Assembly: GCA_963664225.1 (NCBI GenBank)
Contig: OY760937.1
Span: 5,719,427 to 5,783,426, forward strand
DNA from: Verrucomicrobiia bacterium
GTDB taxonomy: Bacteria; Verrucomicrobiota; Verrucomicrobiia; Limisphaerales; UBA1319
DNA: 64,000 nt
Direction: 5' to 3'
Position numbers and translations under genes: made by a program. The notes below the pieces were generated by a model that was given only the letters and a program-made list of their open reading frames with translations, ran no database searches and had not been told where the DNA came from. Positions 1 to 8,512 of this stretch are shown piece after piece (the first letter of the stretch is position 1; the number at the start of each line of letters is the position of its first letter).

Positions 1-1683
1 ATACCCCAACAAGAGACGTAGATTGGCGAATTTTTGCCAATCGTCACCCGGCATTTTGCCAATCAGGGAACCTTTGCCATGGACAATTTCGTCGTGCGAC
101 AAGGGCAGGACGAAATTCTCGTGGTAGTGGTAGAGCATTGCGAACGTGAGATCGTTCTGATGAAATTTCCGAAAGACGGGATCCAGGCTGAAATAGCGGA
201 GGGTGTCGTGCATCCATCCCATGTTCCATTTCAAGGTGAATCCAAGACCGCCGAGGTATGGGGGTCGGCTCACCTGAGGCCATGCGGTGGATTCCTCAGC
301 GATCATCATCACACCCGGATGCTCGGTTTGCACCAGGTGATTGACGTGTTTCAGAAAAGCCACTGCCTCGAGGTTCTCCCGACCGCCGTATTGATTGGGG
401 ATCCACTCGCCAGGATTGCGGGAATAATCCAGATAAAGCATAGAGGCGACGGCGTCCACGCGCAAACCATCGATATGAAAGCGTTCACACCAAAAGAGGG
501 CGTTTGCGGTGAGAAAGTTGCGTACTTCATTTCTGCCGTAATTGAATATAAGGGTGCCCCAGTCCTGATGAGCGCCCTGGCGGGGATCCTCGTGTTCGAA
601 AAGCGCTGTGCCATCAAAACGCGCCAGGGCCCAGGTATCCCTTGGGAAATGGGCCGGCACCCAATCAATCAGAACTCCAATGCCGGCTTCGTGGAAGGCG
701 TTGACCAGGTATTGGAAATCGTCCGGCGTTCCGTAGCGGGATGTAGGGGCGAAAAAACCGGTGACCTGGTAGCCCCAGGAAGGGAAGTAGGCGTGCTCGG
801 CTACAGGCAGGAATTCGACATGCGTGAATCCCATTTTTCGGACGTAATCGACCATGGGTTGCGCAATTTCGCGAAAGCTGGGGGATTCGCCCATGCTTTT
901 CTTCATCCAGGAACCAAGATGAACCTCGTAAATGCTGATGGCGGAGGATAGCGGTTTCCATTCCTGCCTGCGCTTCAGCCAGGCTCCGTCGGTCCATGCG
1001 AATTTGGAATTGTCCCAAACGACGGAAGCGGTTTTCGGCGGGATTTCAAAGAGGAATCCGAAGGGATCGGTCTTGAGCATCAGTTGGTCATGCGCATCCT
1101 TGATCTCAAATTTATAACAGGCACCGGCCGTAACGCCTGGAATAAATATTTCCCAAATTCCCGAGGATCCCACCAGACGCATGGGATGGACGCGGCCATC
1201 CCAGTTATTAAAAATTCCCACAACGCTGACCCGTTTGGCATTGGGAGCCCAGACAGCAAAGCTTGCACCATGAACGCCATCGATAACCCGCAAATGAGCG
1301 CCCAGTTTGTCATGAATGAGGTGCTCGTTGCCTTGGGCAAAAAGATACAAGTCGGTTTCGCCCAAAGTGGGCAGGAAAGAGAACGGATCACGAAATTGCC
1401 GTGTCTGGCCCTGTTCGTCGGTGACGATCAGGTCATAGGCGTAAACGCGCTTGGAATCCTGGCAAACACCTTCGAACAGGCCGGTTTTGTGAATTCTCTT
1501 GAGCTTGAAGCGTGGCTTCGAGGATTCATGCACGGGAACCACTTCCACTTGCGCCGCACCCGGTTGCATGGATCGCACAACGATACCGGAACCATCCCCC
1601 AGAGGATGCATGCCAAGGAGTTGATGCGGGGATTGATGCCGCACTTGAACCAGACTATCCCGTTCCTGCGCAGTTAAAAGCAT
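1..1683 (-). CDS. glgB: 1,4-alpha-glucan branching enzyme, 3' end beyond window start
   Basis: Not in the ORF track because it runs off the edge. Manual minus-strand translation from ATG at 1683 gives MLLTAQERDSLVQVRHQSPHQLLGMHPLGDGSGIVVR..., and in-frame segments show GlgB hallmarks (FAVWAPNAKRVSVVG, SGVWEIFIPG, YEVHLGSW, GLRVDAVASMLYLDYSR). The long + strand ORFs 34-951 and 1084-1677 are its antisense shadows. Confidence 0.93.
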   Translation of the reverse strand, partial: MLLTAQERDSLVQVRHQSPHQLLGMHPLGDGSGIVVRSMQPGAAQVEVVPVHESSKPRFKLKRIHKTGLFEGVCQDSKRVYAYDLIVTDEQGQTRQFRDPFSFLPTLGETDLYLFAQGNEHLIHDKLGAHLRVIDGVHGASFAVWAPNAKRVSVVGIFNNWDGRVHPMRLVGSSGIWEIFIPGVTAGACYKFEIKDAHDQLMLKTDPFGFLFEIPPKTASVVWDNSKFAWTDGAWLKRRQEWKPLSSAISIYEVHLGSWMKKSMGESPSFREIAQPMVDYVRKMGFTHVEFLPVAEHAYFPSWGYQVTGFFAPTSRYGTPDDFQYLVNAFHEAGIGVLIDWVPAHFPRDTWALARFDGTALFEHEDPRQGAHQDWGTLIFNYGRNEVRNFLTANALFWCERFHIDGLRVDAVASMLYLDYSRNPGEWIPNQYGGRENLEAVAFLKHVNHLVQTEHPGVMMIAEESTAWPQVSRPPYLGGLGFTLKWNMGWMHDTLRYFSLDPVFRKFHQNDLTFAMLYHYHENFVLPLSHDEIVHGKGSLIGKMPGDDWQKFANLRLLLGY

Positions 1684-1932
1684 ACTTTTTATTATGCCAG
1701 CAAAATTTAAAAAAGCACGAAAAAACGGCCTGGATCGATTATCTTCCTGTATAGAACACGGGAAAGGCCCGCCGCATTGGCCAATAAAACGATTTTTGCG
1801 ATATTTTGATCCCAAAGTTTCTTCGTTCATGGGATCGTTGATCAAATCCTATCCATCGGTGGCTCCACATAACTTGAATGGTCTGAACGTTTTTTGTTTG
1901 AAAAATGCGCGTTTGAAATGCAGCGTTCACGC

Positions 1933-3060
1933 ATGATGAATTTGAACCTGACCGCCCTGGCTGCGGAATTTAATAAAAGGGCTGGCGAATTATCCGGGAT
2001 GCGTGTGACTGCGGGTTTCGACGGTTTTGTCGATGAAATCATCTCGGTGGTTCAAGAGCGAAAGGGGCTTGACCAGTGGACCGCGATGTCCGACATCACC
2101 AGTTTTGGAAATTGGATCAAGGCGGCTGCGGGCCGGAGCAGCCTGCGTGAAATTATTGTCCACCGGGCCGATCCGGGAGGATGCACTGTAAACATGGGAG
2201 ACGGCCTTGCCGCTCTGGGGATCCAGATAGACGCCTTCGCGACACTGGGCCAGCCGACGCATGGTGCGTTCGCGGATTTTGCAGCCAAATGTCATAGCTG
2301 CCATTCCTGGGGCAGGGAACCTGGACGAACGCTTGCCTTTGAATTCGCCGATGGAAAATTGATGTTCAGCGCCGTGACCCAATTGGCCGAATTCGATCCC
2401 GACATGCTGGATAAGGTTCTGGCGGATGGAACTTATCTGCGCGCCTGCCAGCAGGCCCGACTGGTGGCCTTGACCGATTGGACGCTCTACCCGCACATGA
2501 CCGCTTGCTGGCGCAAGCTTCAAACTGAAGTTTATGGCAAGCTGACACACCGCCCATTTTATTATCTGGATCTAGTGGATCCAACGAGCCGGTCTGAAGC
2601 GGACATTCGGGCCATGATCGAAGCGATACCTGGCTTTGAAAGAAGCGGTGCCACCGTTTTGGGGCTTAATGGAAATGAGGCAAACGTGCTTTCACGCCTC
2701 CTGGACCTGCCCGAAGTGCATGAGGACGCACAAGCCATCCGGGACCAGGCAGAACGATTGAGGAAGAAACTGGGTATCAGCCAGGTGGTGATCCATTGCA
2801 TGAAAGTGGCCGCTCGCGCTGATCAGGAGGCCGCGGTGGTTGTTCAGGGGCCTTTCTGCGCGAAACCTAAAAAGAGCACCGGCGCGGGAGATCGATTCAA
2901 TGCGGGCTACTGTTCCGGATTGCTTCTGAATCTATCCCCGATCGATTGCCTTCTTTTGGGATCGGCTTGCTCGGGCTTTTTTGTGCGCAACGCGCGCAGC
3001 GCGTCCGCAGCCGAACTCGGAAAATTCATGGAATCATGGGCCGAAGGGAAGGTGGATTGA
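1933..3060 (+). CDS. PfkB/ribokinase-family carbohydrate kinase
   Basis: C-terminal PfkB signature STGAGDRFNAG, plus GLNGNEA and N-terminal GFDGFVD. Start moved from TTG 1894 to ATG 1933. Divergent from glgB. Confidence 0.82.
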   Translation: MMNLNLTALAAEFNKRAGELSGMRVTAGFDGFVDEIISVVQERKGLDQWTAMSDITSFGNWIKAAAGRSSLREIIVHRADPGGCTVNMGDGLAALGIQIDAFATLGQPTHGAFADFAAKCHSCHSWGREPGRTLAFEFADGKLMFSAVTQLAEFDPDMLDKVLADGTYLRACQQARLVALTDWTLYPHMTACWRKLQTEVYGKLTHRPFYYLDLVDPTSRSEADIRAMIEAIPGFERSGATVLGLNGNEANVLSRLLDLPEVHEDAQAIRDQAERLRKKLGISQVVIHCMKVAARADQEAAVVVQGPFCAKPKKSTGAGDRFNAGYCSGLLLNLSPIDCLLLGSACSGFFVRNARSASAAELGKFMESWAEGKVD

Positions 3061-3087
3061 GCAAAGGCTCTCCCTTTTTATGACAGC

Positions 3088-3116
3088 AAAAAAGCCCGGT
3101 TAAACCGGGCTTTTTT
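3088..3116. terminator. Bidirectional intrinsic terminator
   Basis: AAAAAA-GCCCGGT-TAA-ACCGGGC-TTTTTT between the convergent pfkB and cytochrome genes. Confidence 0.88.
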
Positions 3117-3138
3117 CGTTCAGACAAAACATTGACCC

Positions 3139-4617
3139 TTATTGGGCGCCGTGGCAGGAGAAGCAATCCGGATCGGTTCCTTCAGATGCGGTATCCGGAT
3201 GAGCGAACTTAAAGCCCGCCGAATTGAATTTCTTAAGTTCGTCCCCGCTGCCCTGGGCGATGATGATATGGCAATCATTGCATCCGCTGGCTTCGACTTT
3301 GCGTTTGCCGTCGGCGGCGATATGCTTTCCATCGTGGCATCGGAAACATCCAGGCCAGGTCTTGTGGCCGATGTTATCAGGATAGGAACGCCAATCGGCC
3401 TTCATTTCCGGGAAGATGCTGTTGCGGGAGATTTGTTGAGCCTCGCTGATCACCGATTCAATGCGTTTTTCGTTGGGATAAGCTTTTCGCAATGTGATGG
3501 CGATGTATTCCATGGCCGCAGACTCCGTTGCGTTGGTATGGCTCAGGATGGCCACAAGATTGGACTTAATGAGAGGAATTCCCGCGTCAATCCGGCTCGT
3601 GCTTATGGCCAGATCGACGGAATCCTGAGGCGCACGGAATTGATGCGCCGGGCGGTTGTGGCAATCGAGGCAATCCATCGTGTGAGTTTTGTATTTGGAG
3701 GGATCGTCCTTGAAATCCGCCGTGCGAAATTCGGTGACGACACCTTTGGGATCCGTCATTCGGATCCATTGGATGGACTGCTTGTTGTCATTGGTGGAAA
3801 TGAATTCCACCTTGTTGCCGATGTTCATGTGCCAGTGAATGCCGCCCACAGGGCCGTGGGTGGGATCCCCGCCGCCCACGTTCATGAGGAGGCGAAAAGT
3901 GGCGGGAGTGTTGGTCTCATCGGAAAGGTAATGGGCATAATTGCGATCCAGGCTTCCCACGAATTTCTTGGGCCAGTGGCACTGCTCGCAAGTTTCCTGT
4001 GCGGGACGGAGGTTATGAGGAGTGCCGATGGGACGATCGAAATTATTGCGGATAGTCCCCACCAATTGATTCACACCGTTGAGCTTGGCCTTTACAAAGG
4101 AAACAGCGCCGGGACCGACATGACACTCGGTGCAGCCAACCCTGGCATGGGGAGAATTCAGATAGGTGGTGTGTTCAGGCTTCATCGGTTCATGGCAGGT
4201 CTGACCGCAAAAGGCGACCGATTCCGCAAAATGATAGGACTCATAGCTTCCCACCGCCGAAACAAGCAGAAATACCGCGCTGCAGATGGCAAAAATGACC
4301 AGATTGCGCCGATCGCGGGCCTTCGAAAAATCGATTGTAATGAGTGGCATCTCGGCGTTGGCCGCATTCTTGATGATCCGGCGGCGCTGTAAAAACCAGC
4401 CCACCAGGATAAGAAAAACGCCAAAGGCCAGAAAGCCGGGGGCCACTATGAAGGTTAGAATGCCAAGGTACGGATTGGGATCTTTAGCCAGAAGATCGAT
4501 GAAGAATAACAGGATAAAACTGAATAAACTCCCAATTGCAACGACTAAACCAATAAGGCTTAACCAGTTACGAAAAGCCGAAACGTGCGTGCTTGTTTTA
4601 GATGTGGTATCACTCAT
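3139..4617 (-). CDS. Membrane-anchored NapC/NirT-like multiheme cytochrome c (about 7 hemes)
   Basis: Three hydrophobic N-terminal segments, then CGQTCH (CX3CH), CTECH, CEQCH, CLDCH, CFRCH, CNDCH and CFSCH. NapC/NirT-like FCGQTCHEPMKPEH...SPHARVGCTECHVG. Confidence 0.85.
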   Translation of the reverse strand: MSDTTSKTSTHVSAFRNWLSLIGLVVAIGSLFSFILLFFIDLLAKDPNPYLGILTFIVAPGFLAFGVFLILVGWFLQRRRIIKNAANAEMPLITIDFSKARDRRNLVIFAICSAVFLLVSAVGSYESYHFAESVAFCGQTCHEPMKPEHTTYLNSPHARVGCTECHVGPGAVSFVKAKLNGVNQLVGTIRNNFDRPIGTPHNLRPAQETCEQCHWPKKFVGSLDRNYAHYLSDETNTPATFRLLMNVGGGDPTHGPVGGIHWHMNIGNKVEFISTNDNKQSIQWIRMTDPKGVVTEFRTADFKDDPSKYKTHTMDCLDCHNRPAHQFRAPQDSVDLAISTSRIDAGIPLIKSNLVAILSHTNATESAAMEYIAITLRKAYPNEKRIESVISEAQQISRNSIFPEMKADWRSYPDNIGHKTWPGCFRCHDGKHIAADGKRKVEASGCNDCHIIIAQGSGDELKKFNSAGFKFAHPDTASEGTDPDCFSCHGAQ

Positions 4618-4803
4618 ATTGCGAATGAGGGTTATTTTCCCGAAATAAGGACCAACGTAAAGGCCAAAATACCGGGATTATTCATCCGCTGCTTTTACCT
4701 GGAAGTATCTCTCATGGATTGGAGTCCCCGGAGCTTGATTTGTCATTGTGGCCGCAAATTGAGCCAAACAACGTGAAAGCAGAGTTCTGAGGTCAAAGGA
4801 TTT

Positions 4804-6864
4804 ATGTCAGACTTGCCGACTGGTTTTTCTTGGCCAGCCTTCTTAAATTTGAAAGTATCTGATCCCATGAGATGTAATTCAAATCCGGCGTGTGGACATT
4901 CAATTGTATCGGGGGGGCTGGCCGTTATTTCCAGTAAAATAGGGCTATTAGCCCTCGTATTGGCCGGGTTGGCAGGCCTCTGTTCACTGGCAGAGGCGGC
5001 AAATGAAAGTCCCGAGCCAGTGCTTCAAGCAGGCGGAAGAGATCATTCAGTCCGTCCACAGGCAATTTACACATTTGATGCGCACAGTTTGCGGCGGTTC
5101 GATGCCACAAAACCGGCTGAAATTGCAAAAATATGGGATTCCTGCCATGTGCTGACTGCGATTCAAGGTCTGGCCAATCGTGAACGTCCACAACTTTACG
5201 TTTTTTATTGCGAGGAATTCGGGGTGGATACGGATCACTTTTGGTTTGATTGGTTTCGCGGAGAGGACGGGTGGTTGGCCGGGGCTGGAGTCAAGCCATT
5301 GCGCAATTTAGCCGAAACCGTTCGGGCCTTCCGGAATGTTGTGAATGGATTGGTTGTTTATGATCCAGCCGTTCCCGCAACCGCCAATGTGGCCTCCACG
5401 GCCGCCGGGTGTGCAAGTTTGATCCCGGTGCGTTACGATCCGACGCCCGGCAGCATCTATACGCTGTTGACCGGGGAATTGAAACTTCCTGTGAAATTGT
5501 GGCTGATCAATCCGGACGGCACATCGAAATTCACCGGCAAGGGCGTTTTGCCGGATTTTGATGTGCCATCGAGTGGCAGCGCCAAGACGGATGCCTACCG
5601 GTGGGCGATCCGGCGATTCCTCCAACCCGGCCAGTGCGATGCGCGGTATGCGGCTTATTATATCGATTCGTATTGGATGAAGATGGCCCGCAACGGCGGT
5701 CCTGATTTGCATACACTCTCCAATCACGACTATTTCATCAGCCGGAAGGCCTTCTTTTTTGACCTGTCGCCATGGGGCGATGAGCTTCCGAATGACGATC
5801 CGAATCAACCCATGGGCCTCGATCGGAAGGTATTTCTGGAGGTTCTAAATGCGCTATACCTGGCCGCCAATGGGGAGATCATCAAGGTGGGAGGATTCCC
5901 TCCCTGGCCCTACAAATATACAAACCACGGCCAGGTTGGTGGAAAACATGAGGGCGTGCCCACGGAATGGGAATTTGGGAGGATAATCTCACAATTCAAC
6001 GGATACATGGAGGCCGATGCCGCAGGATTGTCCGCCATCGCCAATGCCTCCTTTGCGCGGCATTATCCGCTGGCGGAGCGCTATGCCCAGCCCAATGCCA
6101 GGCCTTCATTTGAGACCTGGAGAAAGCGCGGTTATCTCACCACTTCAGGCAAGGTGGCTCCGAAGCTATATCTGGGATATTACGTGGGTGACTACGACGC
6201 GCCATCCTGGCTTTATAAAGCGGTGCCAGCCTTTTTCAAGGATCCCACCCGGGGCTCGGTGCCGCTGGGGTGGGCATTTGATCCGAACCTATCCGATCGC
6301 GCGCCGCAAGCATTGGTATATGCCTACCGATATGCCACGACCAATGACTATTTCATCGCGGGCGATTCGGGCGCCGGTTATCTGAATGTGCGGGGTCTGA
6401 CCGAAAGACCTGACTCAGGGTTGCCCCCGGGTCTTCAGGCGTGGGTGAATCACTGCAAAAAGTATTATGCGTTGTGGGATATGAGTATCACCGGCTTTGT
6501 GCTCGATGGCTCTGCGGGAGCCGCCACGGCGAGTGATTTTGCCGCTTATCGCACTTTCAGCCCGAACGGAGCGGGCACTCATTTCGAAGCGGGACCAAGC
6601 CTTAAATCCGGGCTGCCGACATGTCGGGAAACGGATCTGCCTGATTCACCCGAGGCTGCGGTCGAAGCGATTCGGAGCCAGGCTTCCAAATTAAATGGCG
6701 AACCCGGTTTTCTTTGGGCCAGGACGATCCTTCGTTCGCCAAAATACTATTTGGATATCGCCAAAATATTGGAGGAAAAATACCCGGACCTCGCGGTGGA
6801 AGTGGTGGATCCCTACACCTTTTTCGGCCTGATCAAGCGGCATTTCCAGCAAAAAGGCCAATAA
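4804..6864 (+). CDS. Secreted GxGYxYP-family putative glycoside hydrolase
   Basis: Signal-like hydrophobic segment (LLALVLAGLAGLCSLAEA), AIQGLANRERPQLY, YVGDYD, PLGWAFDP and GDSGAGYLN (GxGY variant). The true start may be ATG 4867. Confidence 0.65.
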   Translation: MSDLPTGFSWPAFLNLKVSDPMRCNSNPACGHSIVSGGLAVISSKIGLLALVLAGLAGLCSLAEAANESPEPVLQAGGRDHSVRPQAIYTFDAHSLRRFDATKPAEIAKIWDSCHVLTAIQGLANRERPQLYVFYCEEFGVDTDHFWFDWFRGEDGWLAGAGVKPLRNLAETVRAFRNVVNGLVVYDPAVPATANVASTAAGCASLIPVRYDPTPGSIYTLLTGELKLPVKLWLINPDGTSKFTGKGVLPDFDVPSSGSAKTDAYRWAIRRFLQPGQCDARYAAYYIDSYWMKMARNGGPDLHTLSNHDYFISRKAFFFDLSPWGDELPNDDPNQPMGLDRKVFLEVLNALYLAANGEIIKVGGFPPWPYKYTNHGQVGGKHEGVPTEWEFGRIISQFNGYMEADAAGLSAIANASFARHYPLAERYAQPNARPSFETWRKRGYLTTSGKVAPKLYLGYYVGDYDAPSWLYKAVPAFFKDPTRGSVPLGWAFDPNLSDRAPQALVYAYRYATTNDYFIAGDSGAGYLNVRGLTERPDSGLPPGLQAWVNHCKKYYALWDMSITGFVLDGSAGAATASDFAAYRTFSPNGAGTHFEAGPSLKSGLPTCRETDLPDSPEAAVEAIRSQASKLNGEPGFLWARTILRSPKYYLDIAKILEEKYPDLAVEVVDPYTFFGLIKRHFQQKGQ

Positions 6865-6874
6865 AAGCACCTGG

Positions 6875-6901
6875 GAGCCTGTTCGACGCCCGGACAGGCT
6901 C
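6875..6901. terminator. Hairpin between convergent genes (possible terminator)
   Basis: GAGCCTGTTCG-ACGCC-CGGACAGGCTC with no clear U-tract. Confidence 0.45.
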
Positions 6902-6930
6902 TCTAAATGGGACGGGAGGTCAGCAGACGA

Positions 6931-8355
6931 TCAGGCCTGGAGTTTTTTTGCCAGGATGTCGCCAACGAGATTGGGATTGGCTTTTCCCTTGCTGAGTTTC
7001 ATCACCTGGCCTTTTAGAAAGTTCAGAGCCGCGATTTTCCCGGCTTTATAATCCGCCGCGCTGCGCGGATTGGCTGCGATGGCCTCATCGCAGAATTGTT
7101 CGATGGCTCCGGTGTCGCTGACCTGGAGGAGTCCTTTCTTCTCCACAATCTCGCGCGGATTGGCGCCTGAGGCAAACATCTCGGTGAATACGTCTTGCGC
7201 AATTTTACTGCTGATTTTGCCTGAATCCACCAAATCGATCAGTTCCAGAATGGCATCGGGGGCGAATTTCACATCCCCCAGACCGGCGTTGGATTCGGTG
7301 AGTTTTGCGCGCAGATTGTTGATGATCCAGTTTGCGGCAGCCTTTGGATTTTTTGCGCGGCCCGCGAGCTTTTCGAAATAATCGCACAGCGGCACATCGT
7401 TGACGAAGGTTTCCGCATCGGAGGCCGGCAATTGATATTGGCGTTCCAATCGGCGCTTTTTTGCCAGCGGCAGTTCGACCACCAACGTGCGCACTTCAGC
7501 CTTCCATTGTTCCGTGGGGGCAAAAGGCATCAAGTCCGGCTCAGGGAAATAGCGGTAATCATGAGCCTGCTCCTTGGTGCGCATCGTCTCGGTGATGCCG
7601 CCGATGTCATCCCAACGGCGGGTTTCCTGATATAATTTGCCTCCCTTGGTCAAAACGTCGATCTGACGGGGAATTTCATATTCCAGGGCTTTGCGAACCC
7701 CGCTGAAACTGTTCATGTTCTTGATCTCGATCTTCATCCCCAAAGCCGTCTGGCCCTTGGGGCGAACACTGATGTTGACGTCGCAACGGACCATGCCCTT
7801 TTCCATGTCGCAATCGCTCACGCCTCCATAGATAAGGATGTCCTTCAGAGCATTGAGATAATCACACGCCATCTGGGGGGAGGTGATATCCGGTTCGGTG
7901 ACGATTTCCAGGAGCGGGACACCCGCGCGGTTGAAATCCAGCCCGCTATTACGGTCAAAATGAAAACTCTTGCCCACATCCTCTTCGAGGTGCGCGCGTG
8001 TGATGCGGACCCGTCCAATCGTTCCCTCGGTTTCAAACTCGACCATGCCGGCGGAAGTGGAGGGTCTGTCGTACTGGGTGATCTGGTAATTCTTTGGCAT
8101 GTCCGGATAGAAATAATTCTTCCGGTCAAATTTGGCGTAATCGCAAATGGAGCAGTTCAACAAATAGCCCGCCAGGGCGGTCCGGCGCAGGGCTTCTTCA
8201 TTGGCCACGGGCAAAACGCCTGGAAGCCCCAGACAAACGGGGCACACGTTGGTGTTGGGCGCAGCGCCATATTCATTGGCGCAACCGCACCACATCTTGG
8301 ATTTGGTTTTTAACTGGACATGCGTTTCCAGCCCGATGACAGCTTCGTATTCCAT
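6931..8355 (-). CDS. gatB: Asp-tRNA(Asn)/Glu-tRNA(Gln) amidotransferase subunit B
   Basis: MEYEAVIGLETHVQL, CPVCLGLPGVLPV, FDRKNYFYPDMPKNYQITQ, HLEED, DFNRAGVPLLEIVTEP, DYRYFPEPDL. Confidence 0.98.
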   Translation of the reverse strand: MEYEAVIGLETHVQLKTKSKMWCGCANEYGAAPNTNVCPVCLGLPGVLPVANEEALRRTALAGYLLNCSICDYAKFDRKNYFYPDMPKNYQITQYDRPSTSAGMVEFETEGTIGRVRITRAHLEEDVGKSFHFDRNSGLDFNRAGVPLLEIVTEPDITSPQMACDYLNALKDILIYGGVSDCDMEKGMVRCDVNISVRPKGQTALGMKIEIKNMNSFSGVRKALEYEIPRQIDVLTKGGKLYQETRRWDDIGGITETMRTKEQAHDYRYFPEPDLMPFAPTEQWKAEVRTLVVELPLAKKRRLERQYQLPASDAETFVNDVPLCDYFEKLAGRAKNPKAAANWIINNLRAKLTESNAGLGDVKFAPDAILELIDLVDSGKISSKIAQDVFTEMFASGANPREIVEKKGLLQVSDTGAIEQFCDEAIAANPRSAADYKAGKIAALNFLKGQVMKLSKGKANPNLVGDILAKKLQA

Positions 8356-8512
8356 AATGACCTGAACCCATCATGGCAGAAAGCACGCGACACGAAAACC
8401 TCTATTTCACATAAATGGCGAGCTGGCTTGAAAACACTTGCGAAGCCTTTTTTTGAATGCGCGATTTTTTATGGTGTCAGAAATGCTCGATTATGCGATT
8501 CTAATCATTGAT

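Noticed and set aside
34..1677. Long + strand ORFs (305 aa and 197 aa)
   Set aside because: Antisense shadows of glgB, which the ORF track missed because it runs off the window.
3142..4392. 416-aa + strand ORF
   Set aside because: Antisense to the multiheme cytochrome, with no motifs of its own.
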